DNA of 64,000 nt from an uncultured delta proteobacterium (GCA_963716725.1 CAVQUB010000015.1:512001-576000); one strand, 5' to 3'. Shown: positions 1 through 8,667, counted from the stretch's first letter. Translations and numbers: made by a program. The notes: a model not told the origin generated them from the letters alone.

Positions 1-144
1 CCGGCCTTCAGCTACGGCGAGACGCCGGACGGTCACTGGTGGAACGTGCTCTACGGGCTCGCGGGCTACACCCGCCGCGGCGACTTGGTGAAGATGCGGA
101 CGCTCTGGATCCCCATCACGCTGAGCGGCGAAGAGAAGGATTGA
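1..144 (+). CDS. 3' end of a hypothetical protein (partial)
   Basis: Frame 1 is open from the window edge (PAFSYGETPDGHWWNVLYGLAGYTRRGDLVKMRTLWIPITLSGEEKD*) to TGA at 142-144; third positions are GC-biased. Confidence 0.6.
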   Translation, partial: PAFSYGETPDGHWWNVLYGLAGYTRRGDLVKMRTLWIPITLSGEEKD

Positions 145-188
145 CGCTCGTCATCGCCGAGTTTCGCCGGCCGCGGCAGACTCGGCGC

Positions 189-896
189 ATGAAGAACCTG
201 TTCTTGGTGGCGGTACTGGGTCTTTCGTCGCTGACCGCGTGTGGCGACGACGACAATGGAGGCGGTTCGGGCGGCACCTCGAGCGGCGGTAGCGCCGGTT
301 CGGGCGGCACCTCGAGCGGCGGCGCTTCGACCGGCGGCAGCGGTGGCAACGCCGGATCGGGCGGCACCTCGAGCGGTGGCAACGCCGGATCGGGCGGCAC
401 CTCGAGCGGTGGCAACGCCGGGGCGGGCGGCACCTCGAGCGGTGGCAACGCCGGGGCGGGCGGCACCTCGAGCGGCGGTACTTCCAGTGGCGGTGCCGGC
501 GGCACCGGTGGTTCGAGCGCCTGCAATACGCTGGTCAATGACGGCGCCGACATCGTCGAAGAGGCCGCGACGGGAACCCCACCGGCCATGACCGGCGGCA
601 CCATCTCCGATGGCACCTACGTGCTCACGGCCCGCAAGGACTGGCAGGGTTCGTGTAACTGCACGTCGAGGCAGAAGCTCGCGATCAGCGGCGGAACCGT
701 GCAGATCGTCGCGCGCACCGACAAGGCCGCCGATCAGCACATGACGGCGACGGCAGCGGTGGCGGGCAATCAGCTCACGTTGAGCGGGACCTGCCCAGTC
801 GCGCAGAGCCTGAAGCAGACCTACACCGCGACCGCGACCCAGCTGTCGTTGTTCGACGCTTCCGACCAGTCGCTGAAGGTTTACACGAAGAAGTGA
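189..896 (+). CDS. Lipoprotein with Gly/Ser/Thr-rich repeat linker
   Basis: ATG 189, signal MKNLFLVAVLGLSSLTAC with lipobox Cys, GGTSSGGNAG repeats, then a Cys-containing C-terminal domain. Confidence 0.8.
   Translation: MKNLFLVAVLGLSSLTACGDDDNGGGSGGTSSGGSAGSGGTSSGGASTGGSGGNAGSGGTSSGGNAGSGGTSSGGNAGAGGTSSGGNAGAGGTSSGGTSSGGAGGTGGSSACNTLVNDGADIVEEAATGTPPAMTGGTISDGTYVLTARKDWQGSCNCTSRQKLAISGGTVQIVARTDKAADQHMTATAAVAGNQLTLSGTCPVAQSLKQTYTATATQLSLFDASDQSLKVYTKK
268..490 (+). repeat. 30-bp coding tandem repeat (GGTSSGGNAG[S/A])
   Basis: Repeated ggcggcacctcgagcggtggcaacgccgg units inside the lipoprotein gene. Confidence 0.85.
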
Positions 897-1304
897 TCAG
901 AACCGGAGGCTGTACGCCGCGGTCGCCGGTCCGATGCTCAGAGTGTGGACCGGCCGCCGCGCCTTGCCGGCTTTGGTCGGCCCTTTGGACGAGAGCACGA
1001 TCAGCGCGACGCCGGCCCCCGCGCTGAGCGCGCCGCCGATCATCAGCGGGAGACCCAGGCGCTTCGATCCAAGGTCGTCGGTGCCGAAGGCCAGGTAACC
1101 GCCCACCGCGGCCGCACCGACACCCGCGCCGGCCATGAACATCGCGATGGGCAGCGGCGATTCTTTCGGGGGCGGAGCCTCCTCGACGGATTGATCCGCT
1201 GGCGCCGGAGCCGCCGCCTTGGCGGCAGGGGCCGCGTCTTGGGCCTGGGCGGGAACCGAGAACGCGAGCACGGAGGCAGCGATGGAGACGACGATGGCGC
1301 GCAT
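897..1304 (-). CDS. Hypothetical exported/membrane protein
   Basis: Signal peptide (AQA-QD), two hydrophobic helices, C-terminal AYSLRF. Confidence 0.65.
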   Translation of the reverse strand: MRAIVVSIAASVLAFSVPAQAQDAAPAAKAAAPAPADQSVEEAPPPKESPLPIAMFMAGAGVGAAAVGGYLAFGTDDLGSKRLGLPLMIGGALSAGAGVALIVLSSKGPTKAGKARRPVHTLSIGPATAAYSLRF

Positions 1305-1399
1305 GGCGGTCGGAGCCTAAGGCAGATCGCCCCCCCTCGCCAAGCCGATCGCCGCACGATCCTTGAGAGTACCCGGAGGGGTACGCTAGCTTGTCGCGC

Positions 1400-2446
1400 G
1401 TGAAACGCTTCAAAGCAGCCGTCATTGGCGGATCGGGCTACGGCGGGGGCGAGATGATCCGCCGGCTCTTGATCCACCCCGAGGTGGATCTGGTTCGGAT
1501 CTCCTCCCTCGACTTCATCGGCGAGCCGCTCGGAGCGGCGCACCCGAACCTGGAGGGCCGCTCGGATCTGCGCTTCGAGAGCCTGCCTCCGGAGGCTGCC
1601 GCCGAGGGCGTGGACGTGGTCTTGCTCGGCCTGCCCCACAAGGTGAGCGCCGAGGTCGTCCCGAAGCTGATCAGCACGGGGGTGCGCATCGTCGACATGA
1701 GCGGGGACTTCAGGCTGAAGAGCGCCGAGGCCTACGCGCAGCACTACGGCAAGCAGCACCCCTGCCCCGAGCTGCTCTCGAAGTTCGTGTACGGGCTGCC
1801 CGAGCTCAACCGCGAAGCGATCCGCGCCTCTCGCTACGTGGCCTCCCCGGGTTGCTTCGCCACCACCCTCTCGCTCGGTCTGCTGCCCTTGGCCAAGGCC
1901 GGGTGGCTGCGCGGATCGGTGGAGAGCGTCGCCATCACGGGATCGAGCGGCAGCGGCGTCGTGCCCAGCGCCGGCACCCATCACCCGGTGCGCGCCGGCA
2001 ACCTGCGCACCTACAAGCCGCTGTCTCACCAGCACGTCCCGGAGATCGAAGAGACCTTGCTCAGCGCGGGCGCGCCCGTGTCCATCCGCTTCGTGCCGGT
2101 GTCGGCGCCGCTGTCCCGGGGGATCTTCGCCACCAGCTTCGTGCGCGTGGACGCCTCGGTGCCCAAAGCAGAGATCGAACAGGTGGCCCAACGGACTTAT
2201 GCAAGCGAGCCCTTCGTGCGGGTGCCCAGCGGGCGTCTGCCCGAGGTCGTGGCGGTGGCGGGCTCGAACTACGTCGAGGTCGCGGTGCTGGCGGGTCCCG
2301 TCGACGGCGACACCCGGCTGGTGACCTGCTTCAGCGTCACCGACAACCTGATCAAGGGCGGCGCAGGCCAGGCCATCCAGAACATGAACCTGATCCTGGG
2401 CCTCGACGAAAAGCTCTCGCTCGACGATCCCGGCGGGTATCCGTGA
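1400..2446 (+). CDS. argC: N-acetyl-gamma-glutamyl-phosphate reductase (ArgC/LysY family)
   Basis: GGSGYGG Rossmann motif, DMSGDFRL, YGLPEL, catalytic PGCF, DNLIKGGAGQAIQNMN; coupled to argB. Confidence 0.9.
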   Translation: MKRFKAAVIGGSGYGGGEMIRRLLIHPEVDLVRISSLDFIGEPLGAAHPNLEGRSDLRFESLPPEAAAEGVDVVLLGLPHKVSAEVVPKLISTGVRIVDMSGDFRLKSAEAYAQHYGKQHPCPELLSKFVYGLPELNREAIRASRYVASPGCFATTLSLGLLPLAKAGWLRGSVESVAITGSSGSGVVPSAGTHHPVRAGNLRTYKPLSHQHVPEIEETLLSAGAPVSIRFVPVSAPLSRGIFATSFVRVDASVPKAEIEQVAQRTYASEPFVRVPSGRLPEVVAVAGSNYVEVAVLAGPVDGDTRLVTCFSVTDNLIKGGAGQAIQNMNLILGLDEKLSLDDPGGYP

Positions 2447-3321
2447 GCGATCGCGTCGTCGTCAAGCTCGGCGGCGAGGTGATCCGGGGCAGCGCCCTCG
2501 GCGCCTTGGCGGCGGAGCTCGCGGAGCTGGCTCGACAGCGCAGGGTCGTGGTCGTTCACGGGGGCGGACCGCAGACCACCGCGCTCCAGAAAGCCCTGGG
2601 CCAGACGCCGAACATCGTCGGCGGCCGCCGCGTGACCGACGCCGCCACCCTCGACGCGATCAAGATGGCCGTGGCCGGACAGGCCAACGTGGATCTGTGC
2701 GCGGCTCTCACCGGCGCCGGAGCCCGCCCGGTGGGTCTCCACGGCGCGTCGAGCGCGGTCATCCGTGCCCACCAGCGCCCGCCCCGCGTCTACAGCGGCG
2801 CGGGCCCGGACCCGATCGATCTCGGGCACGTTGGCGACGTCGAGGGCTTCGACGTCGCGCTGCTCGATCTCCTCGCCGGCAGCGGCTACCTGCCGGTGCT
2901 GGCCTGCCTCGGCGGCGACGCCGACGGGCAGGTGTTCAACATCAACGCGGACATTGTCGCGACCCGCGTCGCCGCTGCCCTGGGCGCGTCGGATCTGATG
3001 GCGCTGATGGACGTGCCGGGCGTGCTCGCGGACCGCGATGATCCGAGCACGCGCTTCGAGAAGCTGACCATCGCAGAGGCCCGGGGCCTCATCGAACGCG
3101 GGGTCGTTGCCGGCGGCATGATCCCGAAGCTCGAGGAGTCGTTCGTCGCCCTCGAGTCCGGCGTGGCGCGCGTGCACTTACTGAACCGCGATCTGGCCCG
3201 GGCCGCGGCGACCCCGGGCTCGGTGGGCACGCTGCTGGTGGAAATAGCCCCGCCAGCCAAGAGATTTCGAGCCCGGGCCGCGGCGACCCCGGGCTCGGTG
3301 GGCACGCTGCTGGTGAAATAG
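2443..3321 (+). CDS. argB: Acetylglutamate kinase
   Basis: GTG overlaps the argC stop; VVKLGG, VVHGGG, NINAD and GGMIPKL motifs; C-terminus extended by a tandem repeat. Confidence 0.9.
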   Translation: MSDRVVVKLGGEVIRGSALGALAAELAELARQRRVVVVHGGGPQTTALQKALGQTPNIVGGRRVTDAATLDAIKMAVAGQANVDLCAALTGAGARPVGLHGASSAVIRAHQRPPRVYSGAGPDPIDLGHVGDVEGFDVALLDLLAGSGYLPVLACLGGDADGQVFNINADIVATRVAAALGASDLMALMDVPGVLADRDDPSTRFEKLTIAEARGLIERGVVAGGMIPKLEESFVALESGVARVHLLNRDLARAAATPGSVGTLLVEIAPPAKRFRARAAATPGSVGTLLVK

Positions 3322-3388
3322 CCCCGCCAGCCAAGAGATTTCGAGCCCGGGCCGCGGCGACCCCGGGCTCGGTGGGCACGCTGCTGGT
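3196..3388 (+). repeat. 75/74-bp tandem repeat, about 2.6 copies, over the argB 3' end
   Basis: gcccgggccgcggcgaccccgggctcggtgggcacgctgctggt starts at 3196, 3271 and 3345, with the same aaatagcc...tttcga linker. Confidence 0.9.
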
Positions 3389-3394
3389 CAGCGG

Positions 3395-3422
3395 TTGACG
3401 GGTGTTACACCAGTGCTACACC
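3395..3422 (+). promoter_or_regulatory. Putative TA promoter with RHH-type operator
   Basis: TTGACG 3395-3400; palindrome GGTGT-T-ACACC 3401-3411; near copy AGTGCTACACC 3412-3422; GGAGG RBS before ATG 3440. Confidence 0.55.
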
Positions 3423-3439
3423 CCGAGCAGGAGGTGAGC

Positions 3440-3661
3440 ATGCCCACGACCAAGAAACGCATCAACATCACGGTCGACGACCGAACCTACGAGGCGCTGG
3501 AGCGTCTGTCGGGTGAACGAAAGCAGTCAGTTGCGGGCGTGGGACTCAGCCTGATCGAAGAAGCCCTGGAGTATCAGGAAGATCTTCATTTCTCACGCAT
3601 CGCCGACGATCGCTTGAGCAAGAAGCAGACGCGGATCCCCCATCAGAAGGCGTGGGATTGA
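3440..3661 (+). CDS. Type II antitoxin, ribbon-helix-helix (CopG-like)
   Basis: KRINITVDDRTYEALERLS beta-helix pattern, 73 aa, overlaps the RelE-like gene. Confidence 0.8.
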   Translation: MPTTKKRINITVDDRTYEALERLSGERKQSVAGVGLSLIEEALEYQEDLHFSRIADDRLSKKQTRIPHQKAWD

Positions 3662-3921
3662 CCTATCGGATCGAATACCTGGAAAGCGTCGTTCGAGAAG
3701 ACATCCCCGTTCTCTCCCAGGCCATTCGCAACCGAATCCGCGCCGCCATCGAGCGCAAGCTCAGCGTCCACCCCATCGAGTTTGGCAAACCACTGCGCTA
3801 CAGCTTCAAAGGTGCACGCCGGCTGCGAGTCGGCGATTGGCGCGTTGTCTACACCATCGAGCCGCCGTCTACCGTCCTGATCGTCAAGATCGGACATCGG
3901 AGCGAAGTCTACGAGCCGTGA
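3658..3921 (+). CDS. Type II toxin, RelE/ParE family
   Basis: GKPLRYSFKGARRLRVGDWRVVYTI...IGHRSEVY is typical of RelE; TTG start overlaps the antitoxin stop. Confidence 0.88.
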   Translation: MTYRIEYLESVVREDIPVLSQAIRNRIRAAIERKLSVHPIEFGKPLRYSFKGARRLRVGDWRVVYTIEPPSTVLIVKIGHRSEVYEP

Positions 3922-3953
3922 GCGGGGACGACACGCACGCTGCCGGTCCGGGC

Positions 3954-4460
3954 CTAGTGCCGCGCGGCTGAAGTTCGAGTGGATTCGCGCCTGAGACCCG
4001 CGCTCATTTGGGCTCTCACAGGAAGGGCGGAAGAGCGGAAGGATTGGGGGGGGTCAGGCGTGAGCCCCCGCAGGCCATTTCTGAGCGCGGTCACGTTGAA
4101 GTTGACGAGCAGGCCGACAGGCAACTGCGAAAGGCGCAGATAGGTGATGACCTGCGCTTCGTGAATCGGGAGCAGCCGCTCGACCGCCCCGAGCTCCAGG
4201 AGGATATGATCTGGAAGCGACCAGGTTGAGGCGATAGGCGCAGTCAAGGTGCACGCCTTTTTGGCGGATTGGTAGCGGATCGGTAGCGGTCGCTGCCGCT
4301 CGAACCTGAGCCGTCGTTCGGACAGCTCGGCAGATAGACAGGCCTCGTATGCGGATTCCATCTGCCCTGGACCGAGATGCCGATGCACCTCGATCAGCGC
4401 ACCGATCACCTCGTCCGTCCCATCCCCAAATCTTCCGAGCTTTCGCCCTTCCTGTGCCAT
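3954..4460 (-). pseudogene. GxxExxY family protein, degenerate
   Basis: VHRHLGPGQMESAYEACL and HEAQVITYLRLS...GLLVNFN motifs; the expected KGVHLDCAYRL segment is in another frame; ELKAV appears as ELGAV. Confidence 0.75.
4017..4456. mobile_element. Candidate element bounded by 33-bp imperfect inverted repeats around the GxxExxY gene
   Basis: 4017-4049 matches the reverse complement of 4424-4456 at 28/33 positions. Confidence 0.5.
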
Positions 4461-4593
4461 CCCCGTGCGAGCGGAACCGTCGGACGACCACCGTGCGCTC
4501 GGCCCGCGAACGCGCTGTAGTCGATCATGTCACCCCACTACGCCGACGACACGCACACGGAAAAGAAGCCAGCGAAACTTCTGCCGCGCGGTA

Positions 4594-5427
4594 CTAGTCG
4601 CTGTCTTTGCAGCAGCGGAAGCCGGTCTCGGCGCCGTGGTAGTAGCGGTCGTGGGCGGTCTGCGCCGCGCGACAGAAGTTCCGGCTCGGCTGCCAGTAAG
4701 CGCCCTTCATGGCCGGGCGCTCGGGCGTCGAGTTGTCGATGGTGACGAACTCTTCCAAGTTGCCCGCCAGGTGCTTGATGCCAAAGGGGCTCTCGCAGCG
4801 GGGGTAGTCGTCGGCGGTCACGCGCATGTCCCGGAGCTTGCCCTCGGGCGTCACCACGTCGAGGTGATCGGCGTTGCAGGCCGTGGCGTCGCGCTTGAAG
4901 CCGTAGGGGTAAGGGCGCATCTCCTCGCCCTCACAGGCGAAGTTGTACTCGCTCTCCATGCACAGGCGCTTGCCGAGGCTCTTGCAGGTGCGGTCGCCGT
5001 GGGTCCAGCTCTGGTCGCTGGCCGGGAGAGTCTCTCCGGGGCGGACGTACTCCGAGCGGTCCATGCAGAAGCGCATCTTCTTGCGCGGCTTGAGGCATTT
5101 GGCCGGCTGGGCGTACTCCGCGCAGCGGAAGAACTCGTAGCGCCCCGGCGGGTCCATGTACTTCTGGCAGCGCTGCTCGACCTCGGGGCAGTAGTCGCCC
5201 TCGACCAGGAGCATGCCCTCCGGGCAGGCCTTGGGCTCCGGCGGCTGGGCCAGCGCGACGAGGTTCACTGCCGCCGGGACCAGCGCCGCCAGCGTGGGCG
5301 ACTGCGCCAGGCGCGGCGTGGTGGTCTCGTCATCGACGGGCTGCGGAACGGTCGCATCGCGTCGGTTGCAGGCGACGAGGAGCAGCAGGGCTGCGCTCAT
5401 CACCGCGGCGTTGGGGAGGCTTCGCAC
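4594..5427 (-). CDS. SUMF1/FGE-sulfatase domain lipoprotein
   Basis: LLVAC lipobox; CPEGM, GKRLCMESEYNFAC, PYPYG, SPFG...GNLEE, GFRCC; start may be 5400. Confidence 0.82.
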   Translation of the reverse strand: MRSLPNAAVMSAALLLLVACNRRDATVPQPVDDETTTPRLAQSPTLAALVPAAVNLVALAQPPEPKACPEGMLLVEGDYCPEVEQRCQKYMDPPGRYEFFRCAEYAQPAKCLKPRKKMRFCMDRSEYVRPGETLPASDQSWTHGDRTCKSLGKRLCMESEYNFACEGEEMRPYPYGFKRDATACNADHLDVVTPEGKLRDMRVTADDYPRCESPFGIKHLAGNLEEFVTIDNSTPERPAMKGAYWQPSRNFCRAAQTAHDRYYHGAETGFRCCKDSD

Positions 5428-5614
5428 GCCGCCCTTGAATCCCAGCGCAGCGCCCCCGCGTCAAGCGCTGATTTTTCATGCAGTGCCGGGTGAATACCTA
5501 CGGAGTACGCGAGGATATGTGTGATTTCAGCAGCTTTGCCTGCGGTATCTCGAGTAGATCGTTCGGTCGGCCGGGCGATCTGGAGCCCGCGATTTTGTCC
5601 GTGCCGCCCGCAGC

Positions 5615-6589
5615 TCAGCCGTGGGCGCCGCTGGGCGTACCGGGCGCGTCCGAGCAGCAGCGAACCCCCACCTGGATGTCGTGATAGTGGTCGTCGTGCT
5701 TGGTGGTGGCCGGCCGGCAGCGGTTACGAGCGGGCATCCACCAGCCACCCTTGAGGCCGTTCCGGTAGGGGTAGGCGTAGCGCTGGGTCTCACGCAGGAC
5801 GGGTTCGTCGAGGTTGCCGACCATGTCGTAGACCCCAAAGGGGCTGCTGCACTCGGCGTTGGCGCCGTTCTCCATCCGGTGGTCGAGCAGCACCTGATAC
5901 TGCTTGTTGGTCGGATCGTAGAGTTCTTCCTTGGGCCGGTCTTGGTTGCACTTGGCTTCGCGCTTCCAGCCGTAGGGATAGGGGCGCATTTCCTCGCCCT
6001 CGCAGGCGAAGTTCCACTCGCTCTCGGTGCAGACCCGCTTGCCGATGCCCTTGCAGGTGTCCTGCGCGATCACGAAGCTCGCCTGGTTCATCGGCAGCTT
6101 TTCGCCGGGTTTTGTGTACTCGTAGCGGTCGATGCAGAAGCTCAGCTTGATCCGCTCACCGATGCAGGTCGCCTGGGGCTCGTACTCCCCGCAGCGCGCG
6201 TAGGGCAGCGCCGGATCGTCCAGCCACTTCACGCAGTTGTGGCGCACATCGGTGCAGTAGTCGCCGTCCACCGCGACCATGTCGGGGGGACACGCCCCGC
6301 TGGTGGTGGGCACGGCCCCCGGAGGCGCCCCAGGCACCGGTGCGACATTGCTGTCGCGGCTCGCATTCACGTTCGCGGTGACCGCGTCGGAGGTGACGCT
6401 GTTACGTTCGACGTGACGCGCTTCTACCGCGCCTTGATACGGGTCCACGGTGCCGACGGGCGCCACCTGGGCTCGAGGGTGCCCTTCGGAGAATAGGCTC
6501 CACGCCTGGGGCTTTGCAGGAGCATCTCCGCCGATCGCGAGGAATCCAGCTGCGATCAGCAAGAACCCCGTCCAAGAACGCCGATCCAT
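5615..6589 (-). CDS. SUMF1/FGE-sulfatase domain exported protein
   Basis: GGAGG RBS before ATG 6589; CPPDM, GKRVCTESEWNFAC, SPFGVYDMVGNLDE, GVRCC. Confidence 0.82.
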   Translation of the reverse strand: MDRRSWTGFLLIAAGFLAIGGDAPAKPQAWSLFSEGHPRAQVAPVGTVDPYQGAVEARHVERNSVTSDAVTANVNASRDSNVAPVPGAPPGAVPTTSGACPPDMVAVDGDYCTDVRHNCVKWLDDPALPYARCGEYEPQATCIGERIKLSFCIDRYEYTKPGEKLPMNQASFVIAQDTCKGIGKRVCTESEWNFACEGEEMRPYPYGWKREAKCNQDRPKEELYDPTNKQYQVLLDHRMENGANAECSSPFGVYDMVGNLDEPVLRETQRYAYPYRNGLKGGWWMPARNRCRPATTKHDDHYHDIQVGVRCCSDAPGTPSGAHG

Positions 6590-6680
6590 ACGACCTCCAC
6601 CTACATGGTCGCAGTCCTCCCCGCGGTGAACCAAGTTCCCGGACATACGCCGAGACATTGCATCCTCCGTGCCGAAAGGA

Positions 6681-7478
6681 TCAGCGACCTCCGTCTCCCA
6701 GGAACGGCACGAAGCGCACGTCCAGGAGCCGCTCGCGTGAGAACGCGTCGGGCGCGTTGCCGGCGCCAATTCGCGTCCAGCGTTCGAGGGCCTGGACGCC
6801 GCCGCGCGAGCCCACCGGGATGACCAGGCGCCCTCCGACCGCGAGCTGATCGAGCAACGGTTGCGGGACCATTTCCGGCGCGGCGGTCACGACAACCACG
6901 TCGAAGGGCTGGGCTTCGGGCCAGCCCACGTAGCCGTCCCCGCTTCGAAGCGCCAGGCGCTCCTCGCCGTAGCCCAGCGTGCGCAGCCGAGCCTTGGCCT
7001 CGGCTGCCAGCTCTGGCAGGTACTCGATGGACCAAGTGCGCCCGCAGAGCTCGGCCAGGACCGCAGCCTGGTACCCGCTGCCGGTCCCGATCTCGAGGCA
7101 CTTGTCGGTCCGGCGCGGCGACACCGCCTCGGTCATGAAGGCGACGATGAAGGGCTGGCTGATGGTCTGCCCCAGACCGATGGGCAGCGGCCGGTCCGCG
7201 TAGGCCATCTCGCGGACGGCCTCGGGCACCAGCGCATGGCGCGGCACACGTCGCATCGCGCCCAGAACCCGCTCGTCCTTCACGCCATCGCGGGCGATGG
7301 CTCGCACCAGGGCCTCGCGTTCCTCGACGCGCTCTCCAAAGGCCGCGGGCGCCGGGGCCGAAGCGCCCGGCGTCGGCGCGGCACCGGGCTCCCGCGTCTC
7401 GGCGGGCGGTGGGGCCGGCGCCGGCTCGCGACGGGCGCATCCGACGAGGGCGACTGTGAGCAAGAGCGCTGCCTTCAT
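6681..7478 (-). CDS. pcm: Protein-L-isoaspartate O-methyltransferase with lipoprotein-like N-terminus
   Basis: QTISQP, LEIGTGSGYQAA, GDGYVGWPEAQPFD, GGRLVIPVG, VRFVP motifs. Confidence 0.9.
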   Translation of the reverse strand: MKAALLLTVALVGCARREPAPAPPPAETREPGAAPTPGASAPAPAAFGERVEEREALVRAIARDGVKDERVLGAMRRVPRHALVPEAVREMAYADRPLPIGLGQTISQPFIVAFMTEAVSPRRTDKCLEIGTGSGYQAAVLAELCGRTWSIEYLPELAAEAKARLRTLGYGEERLALRSGDGYVGWPEAQPFDVVVVTAAPEMVPQPLLDQLAVGGRLVIPVGSRGGVQALERWTRIGAGNAPDAFSRERLLDVRFVPFLGDGGR

Positions 7479-7503
7479 CCGGACCCTGCCGGAGTTGCAT
7501 CCC

Positions 7504-8667
7504 TCATGCCGCGCGGCGCTGGGCGAGGCGCTCGCGTAGCTGCTCCGCCAGATCGCCCGCGCCCGCCGCCTCCGTTTCACCGGCGATGCGCTCGAGATCT
7601 TCATCGGGGACGTGCTCGGCGATCTCGAGGGTGAGCTCCGCCGCCGCGCGAGCGTTGCCGGCTTTCAGCTCGAGACGCACCAATGTCGCGGCCACCTCGA
7701 CTCGCGGATCGCCTTGGGCTCGCAGCGAGGCGAGCAAGGCAGCCGCGTGCGCGGGGTCCCCGTCGGCTTCGGCCACCGCCGCTTCCAGGTAGGGGTCCAG
7801 CCCCCCCCGGGTCGTCCGCACCAAATTGCGGGCGGCCGCCACCTCTCCGCTGGCCAGTGCGGCCCAGATCATCAGCTCGAAGGCCTGCTTTCGCTGGACG
7901 GGATCGCGGCTCGCCTCGAGGGCGGCGCTGGCCAGCGCGCCTGCGCGGGGGCCCTCACCCGAATCGAGCGCGCGGCGAGCTTCGGCCAGCAATTCCTTCG
8001 CCGCTTCGGCGGGGATCCGCCCGCGAGCCGGCGTCTCCTGCATCGCTGCGAAGAAGTTCGTGACGCCTCCCATGGCGAACAGCAACGCACCGAGCAGTGA
8101 GCCCAATCGATACAGCACGATGGCCGCGATGATCCCGAAGATCAGCGAGACGGTGGCGGACAGCTTCCTGCGCTCGGGGCCGAGGGCGGCGGCGAGCACC
8201 TGGCCGCCGTCGAAGGGCAGCACCGGCAGGAGGTTGATCACGCTCCAGAACACGTTGGCGAAGGCGAGCAGCGCCAGGGCTTCGACCCAAGGGGTCCCCT
8301 TGGGGGCGCCCAGCGCTTGCGAGAGCCCGATCAGCGCGCCGTAGGCCAGGAAGCCGAGGGCGAAGCCTGCCCCCGGGCCGGCCAGGGTCACCAGGATCCG
8401 GCGCTTCCTGCCCAGGTCCGGCGCCGCGGACCAGGACGTCACACCGCCGAGCATGTGCAGCACGATGCTCGGCGATTGACCGTAGGCCCGCGCGGCGAAG
8501 GCGTGGCCCAGCTCGTGGACCAAGATCGACACGAAGATGATCCCCAGCCACAGCACGGCGTCGGTCCAGGGGCGTCCGGGGCGCAGCCCGATGACGACCG
8601 CGAGGATCCAGAACCCGATCTGGATCTCGACCGGGAACCCGAACAGTCTGAAGCGGACAGCGCCCAT
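7504..8667 (-). CDS. Site-2 protease (M50) with helical/TPR-like C-terminus
   Basis: HELGH and NLLPVLPFDGG motifs, multiple TM helices; ATG 8667. Confidence 0.85.
   Translation of the reverse strand: MGAVRFRLFGFPVEIQIGFWILAVVIGLRPGRPWTDAVLWLGIIFVSILVHELGHAFAARAYGQSPSIVLHMLGGVTSWSAAPDLGRKRRILVTLAGPGAGFALGFLAYGALIGLSQALGAPKGTPWVEALALLAFANVFWSVINLLPVLPFDGGQVLAAALGPERRKLSATVSLIFGIIAAIVLYRLGSLLGALLFAMGGVTNFFAAMQETPARGRIPAEAAKELLAEARRALDSGEGPRAGALASAALEASRDPVQRKQAFELMIWAALASGEVAAARNLVRTTRGGLDPYLEAAVAEADGDPAHAAALLASLRAQGDPRVEVAATLVRLELKAGNARAAAELTLEIAEHVPDEDLERIAGETEAAGAGDLAEQLRERLAQRRAA

Noticed and set aside
3196..3388. Repeat-spacer-like pattern as a CRISPR array
   Set aside because: The intervening segments are identical, the repeat is argB coding sequence, and no cas genes are present.
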